Origin: a virus
Lineage: Duplodnaviria > Caudoviricetes
Reading direction: 5' to 3' (one strand)
Length of the DNA stretch: 64,000 nt
IMG/VR virus record: IMGVR_UViG_3300012016_000004
Coordinates: 1 to 64,000 of that record
The notes beneath the pieces were generated by a model that worked only from the letters and a program-made list of their open reading frames with translations, made no database searches and was not told the origin of the DNA. Position numbers and translations under genes: made by a program. Numbering within the stretch: position 1 is the first letter of the stretch; each line of letters begins with the position of its first letter. Positions 36,965-45,867 of this stretch are shown here, piece after piece.

Positions 36965-39005
36965 CGTTGACAGATTTTAAGTATGTTTTGATGATTTCCT
37001 CGTTATCGGCAAACCGGCCAAGGTGGCCCACATAGAAAAGTGAGTTCGGAGTGCATCTCTCCTTCACCTTGTTGTACAGACCACGGTACTTCATGGACAC
37101 CGGCTTCTTCGTATAGGCAATAGTGAAGACTGACTCCGCTTCCATGCGATTGAAACGGGACAGAATCTTCTTTACCTCCTTTGACAGAAGGCACATCAGC
37201 ACCAGGCGGGACAGCCGGGGAACGGCATTGTTCGTGGCGAAATCACAGAGCTGCTCCATGTCATATTCCTTCGCCGGCGATTTGGTGAAGCCAAAACCAC
37301 CAAGCAGATAGTCTCCGTACATCACGACAAAGCTGAGCCTGGGGCTTTGGAATGAGTTGACCTTATACACGAAATGCTCCTGCAGGATTCGGAAGTCAAC
37401 GGCGCACCGTCTGATAGACAGCAGCGCGGGGTCATTGATATACAGATCATCCGGAGGCACCTTGTAATCCACCTGGTTCGGAAGCTGGTCGTTCACGATG
37501 ATGGCAGACGTCTTCGGCTTCGGATGGTTGCTATAAAGATACTTCCCGAAATCCTTCGAGCCATGCCCGGTGTCGAACAAGGCAATCTTGTGAAGGTTCA
37601 TCAGATACGGCGTCTCGCTGAACACATAGAAGTTCACATCGTCCGGGACACTCTCTACCAGGCCGTCATACTCCGTTGGCTTGACATCCCAGTCTTCCAC
37701 TTCGCAGTTCCTCCGATAGATGCCGAACGTGCGCTTTGAGGTCTTATCTCCGACCAGCTGGAAAAGGATGTTCTTTTCTCCGTTAGCGAGGGCATCATGG
37801 ACCGTCCCACGAACATACCGGCACGAGGTCAGCATGTCGATGTAGAACTGGGCCTGCTCACGCATGTTTGCGATGCTCTCGTGCATCTTCTCTCGGTAAG
37901 CGGCCACTTCATCATCCTTGAACTCGTTCCCGCCTTCTATGACCTTTCTGAGCTTCGTGACGATGAGAAGGAGCGACACCTGGCGCAAAGGCGTGTTGTC
38001 ATTATACTCCTCCAACCACGCGATGTCCTTCTTGAATGTCACGGTCATCTGTCCAGTGGCCAGCAGGTACAGCAGGTGGCAGTAATTGTTCTGATTGTAG
38101 ATGACAAGCTTCGGCACCTTCTTGAACAGAGCGCTCTCAAAGCCAAACATGTTCGGATTCACGCAGCAAATCTCATCGAGGTTCAAGTCAACGAGCGCCT
38201 TGACCATCTTCTGGTTGCTGTCGATGGCTTTCGCCATGAAGCATTCCTTGGGATGGTACGGATTGCCCATGTAAAGCAGCGGAGGGATGAGAGCCGGCAT
38301 CTCCTTCGGCAGCTTCGTAAGCGCCATGAACTCCTCGTAGGAGCGGATGGACTTGAAGTCTTCTTCGGTGTGATGGATGGCGTATTCAAACATCCGGTAG
38401 GCAGACAGAACACAGTTGAAGGCCAGTTCCGGAGACTGCGTAGCATTGAAGCAGCGGAACTCAACTGTCTTCGTCTTGAACACGGCTGCTATATTGATGA
38501 GGAAACGGATGTAGCCCTTCTTACTCTGGTTCGACAGAGTGTTTTGCAGGTCTTGCATCGTCTCGCACTTCTTCACACGCTCGTAGTAACTTGGAGTGAT
38601 GGCAGGCTGGCAGTTGAACACCTTGTCATTCCAGTCACCCCAGTTGTTATGCTGGTTGATATACGGCGTCAGAAAATACGTGAAGAAGAAAACGCGCTTC
38701 AATTCTTCAACGGTCAGGTCGCCGGCGTAGATGTGGACATGCGTATCGATAGACCACTTGAGCTTGCCACCATGCTTCTTCATCTGGTCGTATAGGTAAA
38801 CGAGGTCATCCCGGTCCTTCCAACAAAGATGAAGCGGAGGGGTGTTCACCTCGCCGCCGTATTGTTTGCTTACCTGGCCGTCGGTATTGAAAATTTGCTC
38901 ATCTGGGCTCCATGAATAACCTGCAGGGAGAGAGACGCGCGTTCGATCCACATTGCACATCTCTATCTCCATTCCGAAAGTCCTCTCTGTGATTTTCAGT
39001 TCCAT
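36948..39005 (-). CDS. Amidoligase (COOH-NH2 ligase) fused to a Mom-like GNAT domain
   Basis: N-terminal TFGMEIE, GGEVNTP, THVHI, TVEFRCF; C-terminal segment aligns by eye with phage Mu Mom motifs recalled from memory. Confidence 0.7.
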   Translation of the reverse strand: MELKITERTFGMEIEMCNVDRTRVSLPAGYSWSPDEQIFNTDGQVSKQYGGEVNTPPLHLCWKDRDDLVYLYDQMKKHGGKLKWSIDTHVHIYAGDLTVEELKRVFFFTYFLTPYINQHNNWGDWNDKVFNCQPAITPSYYERVKKCETMQDLQNTLSNQSKKGYIRFLINIAAVFKTKTVEFRCFNATQSPELAFNCVLSAYRMFEYAIHHTEEDFKSIRSYEEFMALTKLPKEMPALIPPLLYMGNPYHPKECFMAKAIDSNQKMVKALVDLNLDEICCVNPNMFGFESALFKKVPKLVIYNQNNYCHLLYLLATGQMTVTFKKDIAWLEEYNDNTPLRQVSLLLIVTKLRKVIEGGNEFKDDEVAAYREKMHESIANMREQAQFYIDMLTSCRYVRGTVHDALANGEKNILFQLVGDKTSKRTFGIYRRNCEVEDWDVKPTEYDGLVESVPDDVNFYVFSETPYLMNLHKIALFDTGHGSKDFGKYLYSNHPKPKTSAIIVNDQLPNQVDYKVPPDDLYINDPALLSIRRCAVDFRILQEHFVYKVNSFQSPRLSFVVMYGDYLLGGFGFTKSPAKEYDMEQLCDFATNNAVPRLSRLVLMCLLSKEVKKILSRFNRMEAESVFTIAYTKKPVSMKYRGLYNKVKERCTPNSLFYVGHLGRFADNEEIIKTYLKSVNDAAKG

Positions 39006-39026
39006 AATCCGCAGCTAATAAAAAAG

Positions 39027-39097
39027 AGCGGAGAGACCGATTCGAACAGCCGCCTCGATGCAGGAAGCACCGCGCTCTACCACTGAGCTATCTCCGC
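39027..39097 (-). tRNA. tRNA-Gly (TCC), atypical, CCA not encoded
   Basis: GCGGAGA/TCTCCGC acceptor, U73, D-arm GCTC-AGTGGTA-GAGC, anticodon arm CGGTG-CTTCCTG-CATCG, T-arm GGCTG-TTCGAAT-CGGTC. Confidence 0.85.
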
Positions 39098-39124
39098 TTT
39101 GGTGGGGACTTCATCGTCCCCTAT

Positions 39125-39571
39125 CTAAAACAACCCGTCAAAGAGGCTTGGCTCCTCAAGTACCGGCGTTTGCATCTGTTTTGCCACCTGCTCCTCAATC
39201 TGCTTCTGGTCCGGTTCCCATTCCTTGATTTCAAGTCCGGTCTCCCTGAGCATCCAGTCGGCGAACAGTCTGCGGTGGCAGAAGTCTCCAGGCTTTTCGT
39301 AACAGAGCAGAGCGGCATCCTTGCCTTGCGACATCCTTTCGATGTCAGCGATGACCTGGGCCGGATTCAGATGGCCTACGACATCTCTGTAGTACATCTG
39401 AATATACTGCTCCCTTGTTACCTCATCCTTCATCATATACCGTTTCGGCGCGAGGTACTGGAGATGCAATCCTTGAAAGAACTTCGGCGGCCAAAGTGCG
39501 ATTCCAATCGGGACTATGCCAGCCTCTCTTAATTTGCCCTGGCGGGCGAAATAGGATGTATAAATTTCCAT
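39125..39571 (-). CDS. DUF488-family protein
   Basis: MEIYTSYFA...LAP...ALLCYEKPGDFCHRRL; probable start 39571, just after a promoter. Confidence 0.8.
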   Translation of the reverse strand: MEIYTSYFARQGKLREAGIVPIGIALWPPKFFQGLHLQYLAPKRYMMKDEVTREQYIQMYYRDVVGHLNPAQVIADIERMSQGKDAALLCYEKPGDFCHRRLFADWMLRETGLEIKEWEPDQKQIEEQVAKQMQTPVLEEPSLFDGLF

Positions 39572-39586
39572 TTCCTTTTGTATATG

Positions 39587-39628
39587 CAAATCTACAAATA
39601 ATTTTCCAAATAGTTGCAAAATGAAACG
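39587..39628 (-). promoter_or_regulatory. Promoter of modification/terminase operon with palindromic operator
   Basis: TAGATTTG (39594-39587); AGTTGCA-N3-TGAAACG (39612-39628). Confidence 0.6.
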
Positions 39629-39647
39629 CTTTTTTGCAAAAAAATCG

Positions 39648-40304
39648 TCATTTTTTGGTCTGCAACTGCACTTCTTGCGGTTCTCCATGCGGACGGTCTT
39701 TGTACAGCCACTTAATCATCTTCTGGCAAAGAATGTCAACAGCCGCCACTATCGGCTTACTCTGATTCGGATTGACATGCCGGTCACTGACAGCACTGTG
39801 GAACAGATTCATGAACCTGGAGCTGGCCTTCTCGATTGCCTGGATATCCATGTTCTTCTGATTGTACAACGTTGATGTCTTATAGCAATTCCCCCAGACA
39901 ATCTGTGCAGACTGCGCCATGATGTTTGCAATCATCAGCTCTGCACATGTCTTCTGAATGTCGAAGTCAAGGTCCTGCAGGAAATTCATTATCTGGACTT
40001 TCGCAATCATCACATCGTTGGCAATCCAGTTGTCGAAGTCATCCATCTTGTCCACTACCTCATTCTGCTCATCCAGCGTGAATGCCCGGAAAAACTGCTT
40101 GTTCAGACGGTTGTATGCATCAATCCACCTCTGCTTCCACAACTTCATCTCATGCTTGCTTTCGAGCGGTCTGACCGTTTTAAGGAATATCTGATAATTG
40201 ACATCCAGCATCAGGAACGGAAGGATGGTCTCAAGGGTATGGCCCTGCACACGTTTCATGCCGATGGAAGCGAGCCATTTATCTACCATTTCATCGTTCG
40301 TCAT
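39648..40304 (-). CDS. Hypothetical protein
   Basis: 218-aa ORF. Confidence 0.65.
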   Translation of the reverse strand: MTNDEMVDKWLASIGMKRVQGHTLETILPFLMLDVNYQIFLKTVRPLESKHEMKLWKQRWIDAYNRLNKQFFRAFTLDEQNEVVDKMDDFDNWIANDVMIAKVQIMNFLQDLDFDIQKTCAELMIANIMAQSAQIVWGNCYKTSTLYNQKNMDIQAIEKASSRFMNLFHSAVSDRHVNPNQSKPIVAAVDILCQKMIKWLYKDRPHGEPQEVQLQTKK

Positions 40305-40783
40305 TTTTTCTCCTCCTCGCCAGCGATGAATTTCAGAAACTCCTCCTTCTTCTTGGTCTGATAATCGAGGTCAGACTGCATTTTGGTCAGTTGCGCGTCA
40401 GTATAAGGCCGTGGACAGCCTTTGCAGAAGGACGGATAGTTGATATGAACCAACTTGCCTTCTTCACGATTCGGCTTGTATAGGATTTCATAGTCCAGCT
40501 CGATATTTCTAAGCTTATCCTCGTAGTCGGAATACTGCTCGAATACCTCCTTCGGGACGGCATGGTCAATATCGTAGCGAATGGTGTCAAAGTCGATCCA
40601 GAGGTCTCCACCTCCAGGATTGACAACTGTGCCGATTCCGTCCTCTGAGCCAACCCAGTCTCTGGGATTGTATTCAAGGTCGTGCTTTTCGCAGAATAGC
40701 CGGAGATACTCATTTGCGATATTGGCAAAGGACTCCTTCATCATCTTGCCGAGCATACGTGCTCTACGTTCTTTCCCATCCAT
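40301..40783 (-). CDS. Hypothetical protein
   Basis: 160-aa ORF. Confidence 0.65.
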   Translation of the reverse strand: MDGKERRARMLGKMMKESFANIANEYLRLFCEKHDLEYNPRDWVGSEDGIGTVVNPGGGDLWIDFDTIRYDIDHAVPKEVFEQYSDYEDKLRNIELDYEILYKPNREEGKLVHINYPSFCKGCPRPYTDAQLTKMQSDLDYQTKKKEEFLKFIAGEEEKK

Positions 40784-40785
40784 GA

Positions 40786-41007
40786 CTACTTCTCCTCCTT
40801 CGTGTTCTTTAACACCTGGTCTGTAATGTCGAACATCTTACCATTGGCATTGGTCAGATAATGCGTCTCCTTTCCATTGAAGACGGAAACAGAGTGCTTG
40901 AGATACTTCCGGCAGAAAGTCTTCTCCGGCAGTGTCACCTTGATGCCCCGGCCACAAATCTTTTGGCCTTTCTGGGGACTTGAGATACATTCAGTACAAT
41001 TTGGCAT
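40786..41007 (-). CDS. Small Cys-containing hypothetical protein
   Basis: CTEC...C...C; 73 aa. Confidence 0.5.
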   Translation of the reverse strand: MPNCTECISSPQKGQKICGRGIKVTLPEKTFCRKYLKHSVSVFNGKETHYLTNANGKMFDITDQVLKNTKEEK

Positions 41008-41022
41008 AGCTAATATGTTTAA

Positions 41023-41598
41023 TCAAAATACTTCGTCAATGGAGGCGCCGGTAGCAGCCTTATACTCCGCCTTAAGAAAACCGACTTCATTTCGGAGTTG
41101 GCGGATGATTTCATCCTTATGGTCGTGCTTCCATCTGAGATGTGAATAGTTGTAATAGAACTTCTCCAGCAGATGTAAACTTTCATCAGAGAGCTTCTCG
41201 CCGTGCAGCTGATCCGGACACCTGACTAATAGTATCTGACCGTGGTCATCGACGGTACATATCCCGGCATAGTCTGGGATGAGGTCTCTTACTTTGTCAA
41301 GCAACTCTTTGGGAACGCAATACGAAAAGTAGTTCGGTTTCAGCCCTTCCGTCCGTCCCTCCAGGATGTCATACTTCTCCGACTTGTGCTTTCGGTCATT
41401 CTTGAAATCCGCACGTGAGATTTTCACTTCCACCTCATACCAATACCCAGCCTTGGTCTTCAAGAGGAAATCGCTTTCCCATGAGAACACGAACAGATTG
41501 GCAATGGCGTAGGCTGGATTACTCATGTAACCCAGACGGAGCCGTTCGAGGATATTCTGCTCTGTGAAGACAAAATTGCCCTTTCTTTGTATGCCCAT
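41023..41598 (-). CDS. MmcB-like PD-(D/E)XK nuclease-fold protein
   Basis: ESDFLL...YEVEVKISRADFKND...PNYFSYCVP. Confidence 0.7.
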   Translation of the reverse strand: MGIQRKGNFVFTEQNILERLRLGYMSNPAYAIANLFVFSWESDFLLKTKAGYWYEVEVKISRADFKNDRKHKSEKYDILEGRTEGLKPNYFSYCVPKELLDKVRDLIPDYAGICTVDDHGQILLVRCPDQLHGEKLSDESLHLLEKFYYNYSHLRWKHDHKDEIIRQLRNEVGFLKAEYKAATGASIDEVF

Positions 41599-41603
41599 AC
41601 TCT

Positions 41604-42047
41604 TTACAACAATTCGTCAACCTTGACAATGTGCATCATCCCTCTAACGTACTGGTGGCCGTCTTTCTCGTAATGAGCAATATCTATCAGCTTATCTTTA
41701 TACTTGACCAGCGCCTGGTGGAATCCTTCGATAATCCTCGCCTCATACTCCTTCAATTCGATGTCCTCGTGATAGAGTTCATCTCCTTGCTCAAGCAATA
41801 CCCCGAATTTTGCTGTCCGGGCGAAGTCTCCCGGAACGACCTCTCTCGCAACTCCACACACCTCGTATTCCGGTCCGACCAGTTCAAAGTCACCGCCATT
41901 CGGAAATACTTTCTCGATGTATTCCAGAGTGTCTTTGGCCTCGTTCATGGCACCGAACATCATGCGGTCTTTGGATTCATTGTACTTGGCTTCGTAGTCT
42001 GCAATTCGCTCCTTGAGCAACTGCTTGAATTTCTCGATTCTGTTCAT
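41604..42047 (-). CDS. Hypothetical protein
   Basis: 147-aa ORF. Confidence 0.6.
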   Translation of the reverse strand: MNRIEKFKQLLKERIADYEAKYNESKDRMMFGAMNEAKDTLEYIEKVFPNGGDFELVGPEYEVCGVAREVVPGDFARTAKFGVLLEQGDELYHEDIELKEYEARIIEGFHQALVKYKDKLIDIAHYEKDGHQYVRGMMHIVKVDELL

Positions 42048-42080
42048 CTCTTTTTCCTATTTGAATACTAAGTCTATCGT

Positions 42081-42500
42081 TCATTTCAGCTCTTTTACAT
42101 ATTGAATCAGATGTTCATCCTCGCCATCGAATGAGTAACCAAGCCGTTGATACCAGGCGGCAGTGAAGCTATCTTTCTCGGAGCTGATTAAAGCTATGTT
42201 TGCACCAAGATAGCGAGCCTCATCCTCGGCTGCGTCAATAAGGTCTGACGCATATCCTTTCCTCCGCTTTGACGGGATAACGGATAATGCGTGGATTGTA
42301 GCGACATTCGGATCATCGTCTTCAACGGATACAGAAACACTTCCAGCGCCATCGTCTGTGATGATGTGTGTCGAATATCCCCACCAGTTCCTATTCCGAT
42401 GATAGACATAGCGAATATCAGCATCGTTCCCTTCACTGCATCTTAAAACGGCAACCGTAATAGCGATGCCAAGGACAAAACCAATTATCAGTAGCATCAT
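42081..42500 (-). CDS. GNAT acetyltransferase
   Basis: IHALSVIPSKRRKGYASDLI...AWYQRLGY. Confidence 0.85.
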   Translation of the reverse strand: MMLLIIGFVLGIAITVAVLRCSEGNDADIRYVYHRNRNWWGYSTHIITDDGAGSVSVSVEDDDPNVATIHALSVIPSKRRKGYASDLIDAAEDEARYLGANIALISSEKDSFTAAWYQRLGYSFDGEDEHLIQYVKELK

Positions 42501-43075
42501 GATAACCTCTCTCCAAGTTTGATGACAAAATACTTCTTACCTGGCTCTGCACCCCATTCCGGATTCCCGAAACCGACAAACACATGTTCAATCTTAAACC
42601 GCATCTTGGTATTCGTATAGCCTCGATGAAAGGTTACAATCGAATGTTTACACCACACACCTGCATCATGGCAGTTGATGTTGGCCTTGCAAACCTCCTT
42701 CATTTTGCATACAGACTGATATTGGCAGATCCTTTTTCTCCAGAATGGCGTTATATCACGGTACTCCTCCAGCTTGATTCCTTTATCAATGAGGTCGTAA
42801 TACTCAGCCTTCAAAACCAACTCAAGGGACGGCTCTGTTATGCTACATCCTTCGACCTCGCTCAAAGCATCCATGCCTTTGAAGGTCACAACATAATCGA
42901 TGAAGCGACCGCTCCCTTCCATAGTTGCCAGTCCCTGCGCTACGAGTTCATCCCAGACATGGGAACCTCCTTCTGTACGGAAGTAGTTGCGATACGGAAC
43001 GTAGCGACCTCGGACCGGGTGCTTATGGTCAAGGCCAATCGCATGCTTCAGTTCGCTAATCTGTCTCGGTGTCAT
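42497..43075 (-). CDS. Protein with C-terminal ASCH-like domain
   Basis: LVLKAEYYDLIDKGIKLEEYR...VTFHRGY...GFGNPEWGAE...YFVIKLG. Confidence 0.7.
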   Translation of the reverse strand: MTPRQISELKHAIGLDHKHPVRGRYVPYRNYFRTEGGSHVWDELVAQGLATMEGSGRFIDYVVTFKGMDALSEVEGCSITEPSLELVLKAEYYDLIDKGIKLEEYRDITPFWRKRICQYQSVCKMKEVCKANINCHDAGVWCKHSIVTFHRGYTNTKMRFKIEHVFVGFGNPEWGAEPGKKYFVIKLGERLS

Positions 43076-43214
43076 ATCTATTTCCTCCTTTTTTTCTTCG
43101 GTGGTGTATAATTGGAGCCACGATTACCGGCACCACATTCTTTCCGGTCATTCTGCGAGCCAGTACATTTGTTAAGCTCGCAACTCCATTTCTTGCAGCA
43201 ATCACATCCCATAA

Positions 43215-43511
43215 CTATTCAATCTTAATGGTTATCGAGCAAGGCGTAGCCTTCTCGTCCTCCCACTTGACAGACGGGAACTCCGTGTCTTTGAGCCGGA
43301 GAATCGGATTGTTCCAGGATGAAGTCCAGTGGCCATGTTTATAGCATGGCGCACAAGGCAACTTGATTGGCTCAACGGTGAAGACGGCAAGACTACCATT
43401 TTCATCTCGCGCTACAAATCCGTCGATGACCTTTTCCTTCTTGTGGCCATGGAAAATCTTAGCGACCATATCCTTGGCCCAGTTCATTTTTTCTTCTCTT
43501 GTGTGTGGCAT
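43215..43511 (-). CDS. Hypothetical protein
   Basis: FVARDENGSLAVF...P; 98 aa. Confidence 0.6.
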   Translation of the reverse strand: MPHTREEKMNWAKDMVAKIFHGHKKEKVIDGFVARDENGSLAVFTVEPIKLPCAPCYKHGHWTSSWNNPILRLKDTEFPSVKWEDEKATPCSITIKIE

Positions 43512-43858
43512 TATTCTGTATCTTTAACAAAATTGCTTAAACGTGCGAGGCTATCGCATTCTTGGTCGAGAATATCTCTGAGTTCATGGAAGATGCTCCA
43601 CACTGCCTCCGGTGGAACCTCTATTTCTTCCGGCTTTTCTCGACGATTTACGAAGACTTTGAATAGAAAAGACTTCTTCTCCTTTTTCGGCAATTCCAGC
43701 AAGGCTCTGCCATCTTTATAGAACCAGAGCAACTGCTGCAAGAAAAAGTGGAGCTTGGAAATTTCTTTGGCTGCTGGCAACTCAATTCCGAATAGATTTT
43801 TTGAGTATGAGAGCAACTTCTTGATTTGCTCATCTGTCCATTTCTTTCCCATAATCAC
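43511..43858 (-). CDS. Hypothetical protein
   Basis: 115-aa ORF. Confidence 0.55.
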   Translation of the reverse strand: MIMGKKWTDEQIKKLLSYSKNLFGIELPAAKEISKLHFFLQQLLWFYKDGRALLELPKKEKKSFLFKVFVNRREKPEEIEVPPEAVWSIFHELRDILDQECDSLARLSNFVKDTE

Positions 43859-44646
43859 ATCCCTATATTGAAGATGTCGATAGGCTCCTGGGCCGGAAGA
43901 CCGAGATAGTCCGTGAGACTTTTCTTCAAGTACACGTTGCGGCCTCTTGACAAAATAGCCTCTGTCATCCGCTCAACCTCGTCGCGATTATACGTCGAGA
44001 GACTGATTCCGCTTTGCAGCCCAACTTTGAACAGGTCACAGCAGTCTTCTATTTGGTAGAACACACTGAGAGTTGATACCGGATCAATCACGGGTTCCAG
44101 AGAGGCGAACGTTCGGAACCCATTCTTCTTGAGTAGGTGCATTGTCTTTACCCGTTTCGTATTGTCAGATGCACCTGGCTCCAAATCATCACGTCCGGTG
44201 AGGGTGAATCCAAAAGCGAGGTACTCGCTATAATGTAACCCACTCGTGTTAGACACAATGCGACTTAATGCTTCATCCAAGATGAAGTCCGCATTCTTTG
44301 TGAGGAGCTGGCACCTTACGCGGCGCTGGATTGCGTAGTCAATACACCTTACGTTCAAAGCTCGTGTCTCCGGAATTAGCGGGTCGCTTGAGAATGTAAA
44401 GAACAGACTCGACTGACGGATCGCATCAATGTTCGAGTCCAGCTCTTTGACAAATACCTCGAAAGCGTGCTGCTCGTTGCGGAAGCAGGATTTCAGTTTA
44501 GCAACGGGGCCACCCATTACATGAGCGAGGACACCCCTCTTGCAGTAGCAGTAGTAGCAGTTGTTGCTGCATCCAACGTACAGATTGCAGGCCCATTCGG
44601 CATACTCGCCGGCCTTGCCTTTCGGCTTGTAGATAGCTTTACTCAT
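43855..44646 (-). CDS. Radical SAM protein (SPL-like)
   Basis: NLYVGCSNNCYYCYC CxxxCxxC motif; SDP, LLTK, ASLEP. Confidence 0.85.
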   Translation of the reverse strand: MSKAIYKPKGKAGEYAEWACNLYVGCSNNCYYCYCKRGVLAHVMGGPVAKLKSCFRNEQHAFEVFVKELDSNIDAIRQSSLFFTFSSDPLIPETRALNVRCIDYAIQRRVRCQLLTKNADFILDEALSRIVSNTSGLHYSEYLAFGFTLTGRDDLEPGASDNTKRVKTMHLLKKNGFRTFASLEPVIDPVSTLSVFYQIEDCCDLFKVGLQSGISLSTYNRDEVERMTEAILSRGRNVYLKKSLTDYLGLPAQEPIDIFNIGM

Positions 44647-44927
44647 TTCTTTCTCAGTTTGATTCTCAGTTTGATACAGACCCTGCGGAGGTTAGACTTG
44701 GCTTCAAGCAGCCTCACGTAGAGCAGGATGGCTTGATAAAACAGCTGGCGCTTCACGAAGTAGTACAGCAGTATCGGGAAGAAGACCGGGCCGAAAATAA
44801 TCGACGTCCGAATGTCCGGGGTAAACGGGAGCTCGGAATCATCCGCGAGCCATTTCGACAACCATGCCGTCAGTAGGCCGGATACGAACCATGCAGGGAT
44901 GATGTAGATTGCTTTACTCATTAGCAA
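44643..44927 (-). CDS. Small membrane protein
   Basis: Hydrophobic segments; 94 aa. Confidence 0.5.
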   Translation of the reverse strand: MLMSKAIYIIPAWFVSGLLTAWLSKWLADDSELPFTPDIRTSIIFGPVFFPILLYYFVKRQLFYQAILLYVRLLEAKSNLRRVCIKLRIKLRKK

Positions 44928-45640
44928 AGAACTTTAATCGTGTCCATGGCCTCACGGATTTCGTCAAGGTGCTCCTCTACATACTTATCGAAGGAACCTT
45001 CCCCACCATAGATTTCGTCAAGGCGTTTTGCAACTTGGCCCAAAGGATTGAGCCATGAATCATTCTTGACAATATCCTGCGGCTCATATAGAGCGATGAG
45101 ATGGTTGTTACGACCGAAGTGGGCAATCATCCCAGCATAAGCAGTGAGCTTGTTATCAGCCTCAATAGAGTATCTGGAACTCATGGCGCCGTATTCGTAT
45201 GTCTGAATCTTGAGCAACCGCTCCACATCCTGGATTGAAAGTGCGATGCCATCCAGAAGACCATACATCAGCTCCGGTTCAATGGAACTTCCCGGAGGGA
45301 TAAACGCGATAACCCTTTTTCCCGCACCCTTCATCCAACCAGCTTCAAGATGAGCACTCCTTCCGCAAGGAAGACAGAGAACACAGATGTCAGCTTCTTT
45401 CATGGCATCGAAATCCCGATTGAAGCCAAACTTTGCATAGTCATCTTTCAGCGCCTTGCGGTACTGTTCCATTGACCAGTTCTGCCATTTTTCATCGAGC
45501 TTGCTCCATTTGAACCCCGGCTTTCCGTCATCCGGATGTTTGAAATCATAAACATCATAGCCCATTAAGCGCAGCTCTTTTACAAGGCTTTCCTGAGCCT
45601 CATTGCGCCAGCTGCTGGCAACATATACTTTCTTTTTCAT
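44921..45640 (-). CDS. Nucleoside 2-deoxyribosyltransferase-like protein with C-terminal extension
   Basis: KVYVASSWRN...DFDAMKEADICVLCLPCGRSAHLEAGWMKG. Confidence 0.8.
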   Translation of the reverse strand: MKKKVYVASSWRNEAQESLVKELRLMGYDVYDFKHPDDGKPGFKWSKLDEKWQNWSMEQYRKALKDDYAKFGFNRDFDAMKEADICVLCLPCGRSAHLEAGWMKGAGKRVIAFIPPGSSIEPELMYGLLDGIALSIQDVERLLKIQTYEYGAMSSRYSIEADNKLTAYAGMIAHFGRNNHLIALYEPQDIVKNDSWLNPLGQVAKRLDEIYGGEGSFDKYVEEHLDEIREAMDTIKVLC

Positions 45641-45657
45641 ATGCTTCCTTTCTTGAG

Positions 45658-45867
45658 TTAATTATCTATCGTATAATCGAAGTTACGCGGGTGCCAAATA
45701 TGCCCACATTCACGACACACGCAATTTGTTCTTACGTGTTCACCACCATCGTCTGCGCCCTCCGCTGTCACTATTCCATCCTCGACCTCGTATATGTAGC
45801 CAGTCACACAATAATCGACGATTTGAAAGCACCGGCTCCCGCATTTCGGGCATTTCTTGTCTGTCAT
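45658..45867 (-). CDS. Small zinc-ribbon protein
   Basis: CPKCG...CRECG. Confidence 0.6.
   Translation of the reverse strand: MTDKKCPKCGSRCFQIVDYCVTGYIYEVEDGIVTAEGADDGGEHVRTNCVCRECGHIWHPRNFDYTIDN

Noticed and set aside
39572-39688. N-terminal 39-aa extension of the DUF488 ORF
   Set aside because: Overlaps the promoter/operator and the upstream gene end; family-like sequence starts at MEIYTSYF.
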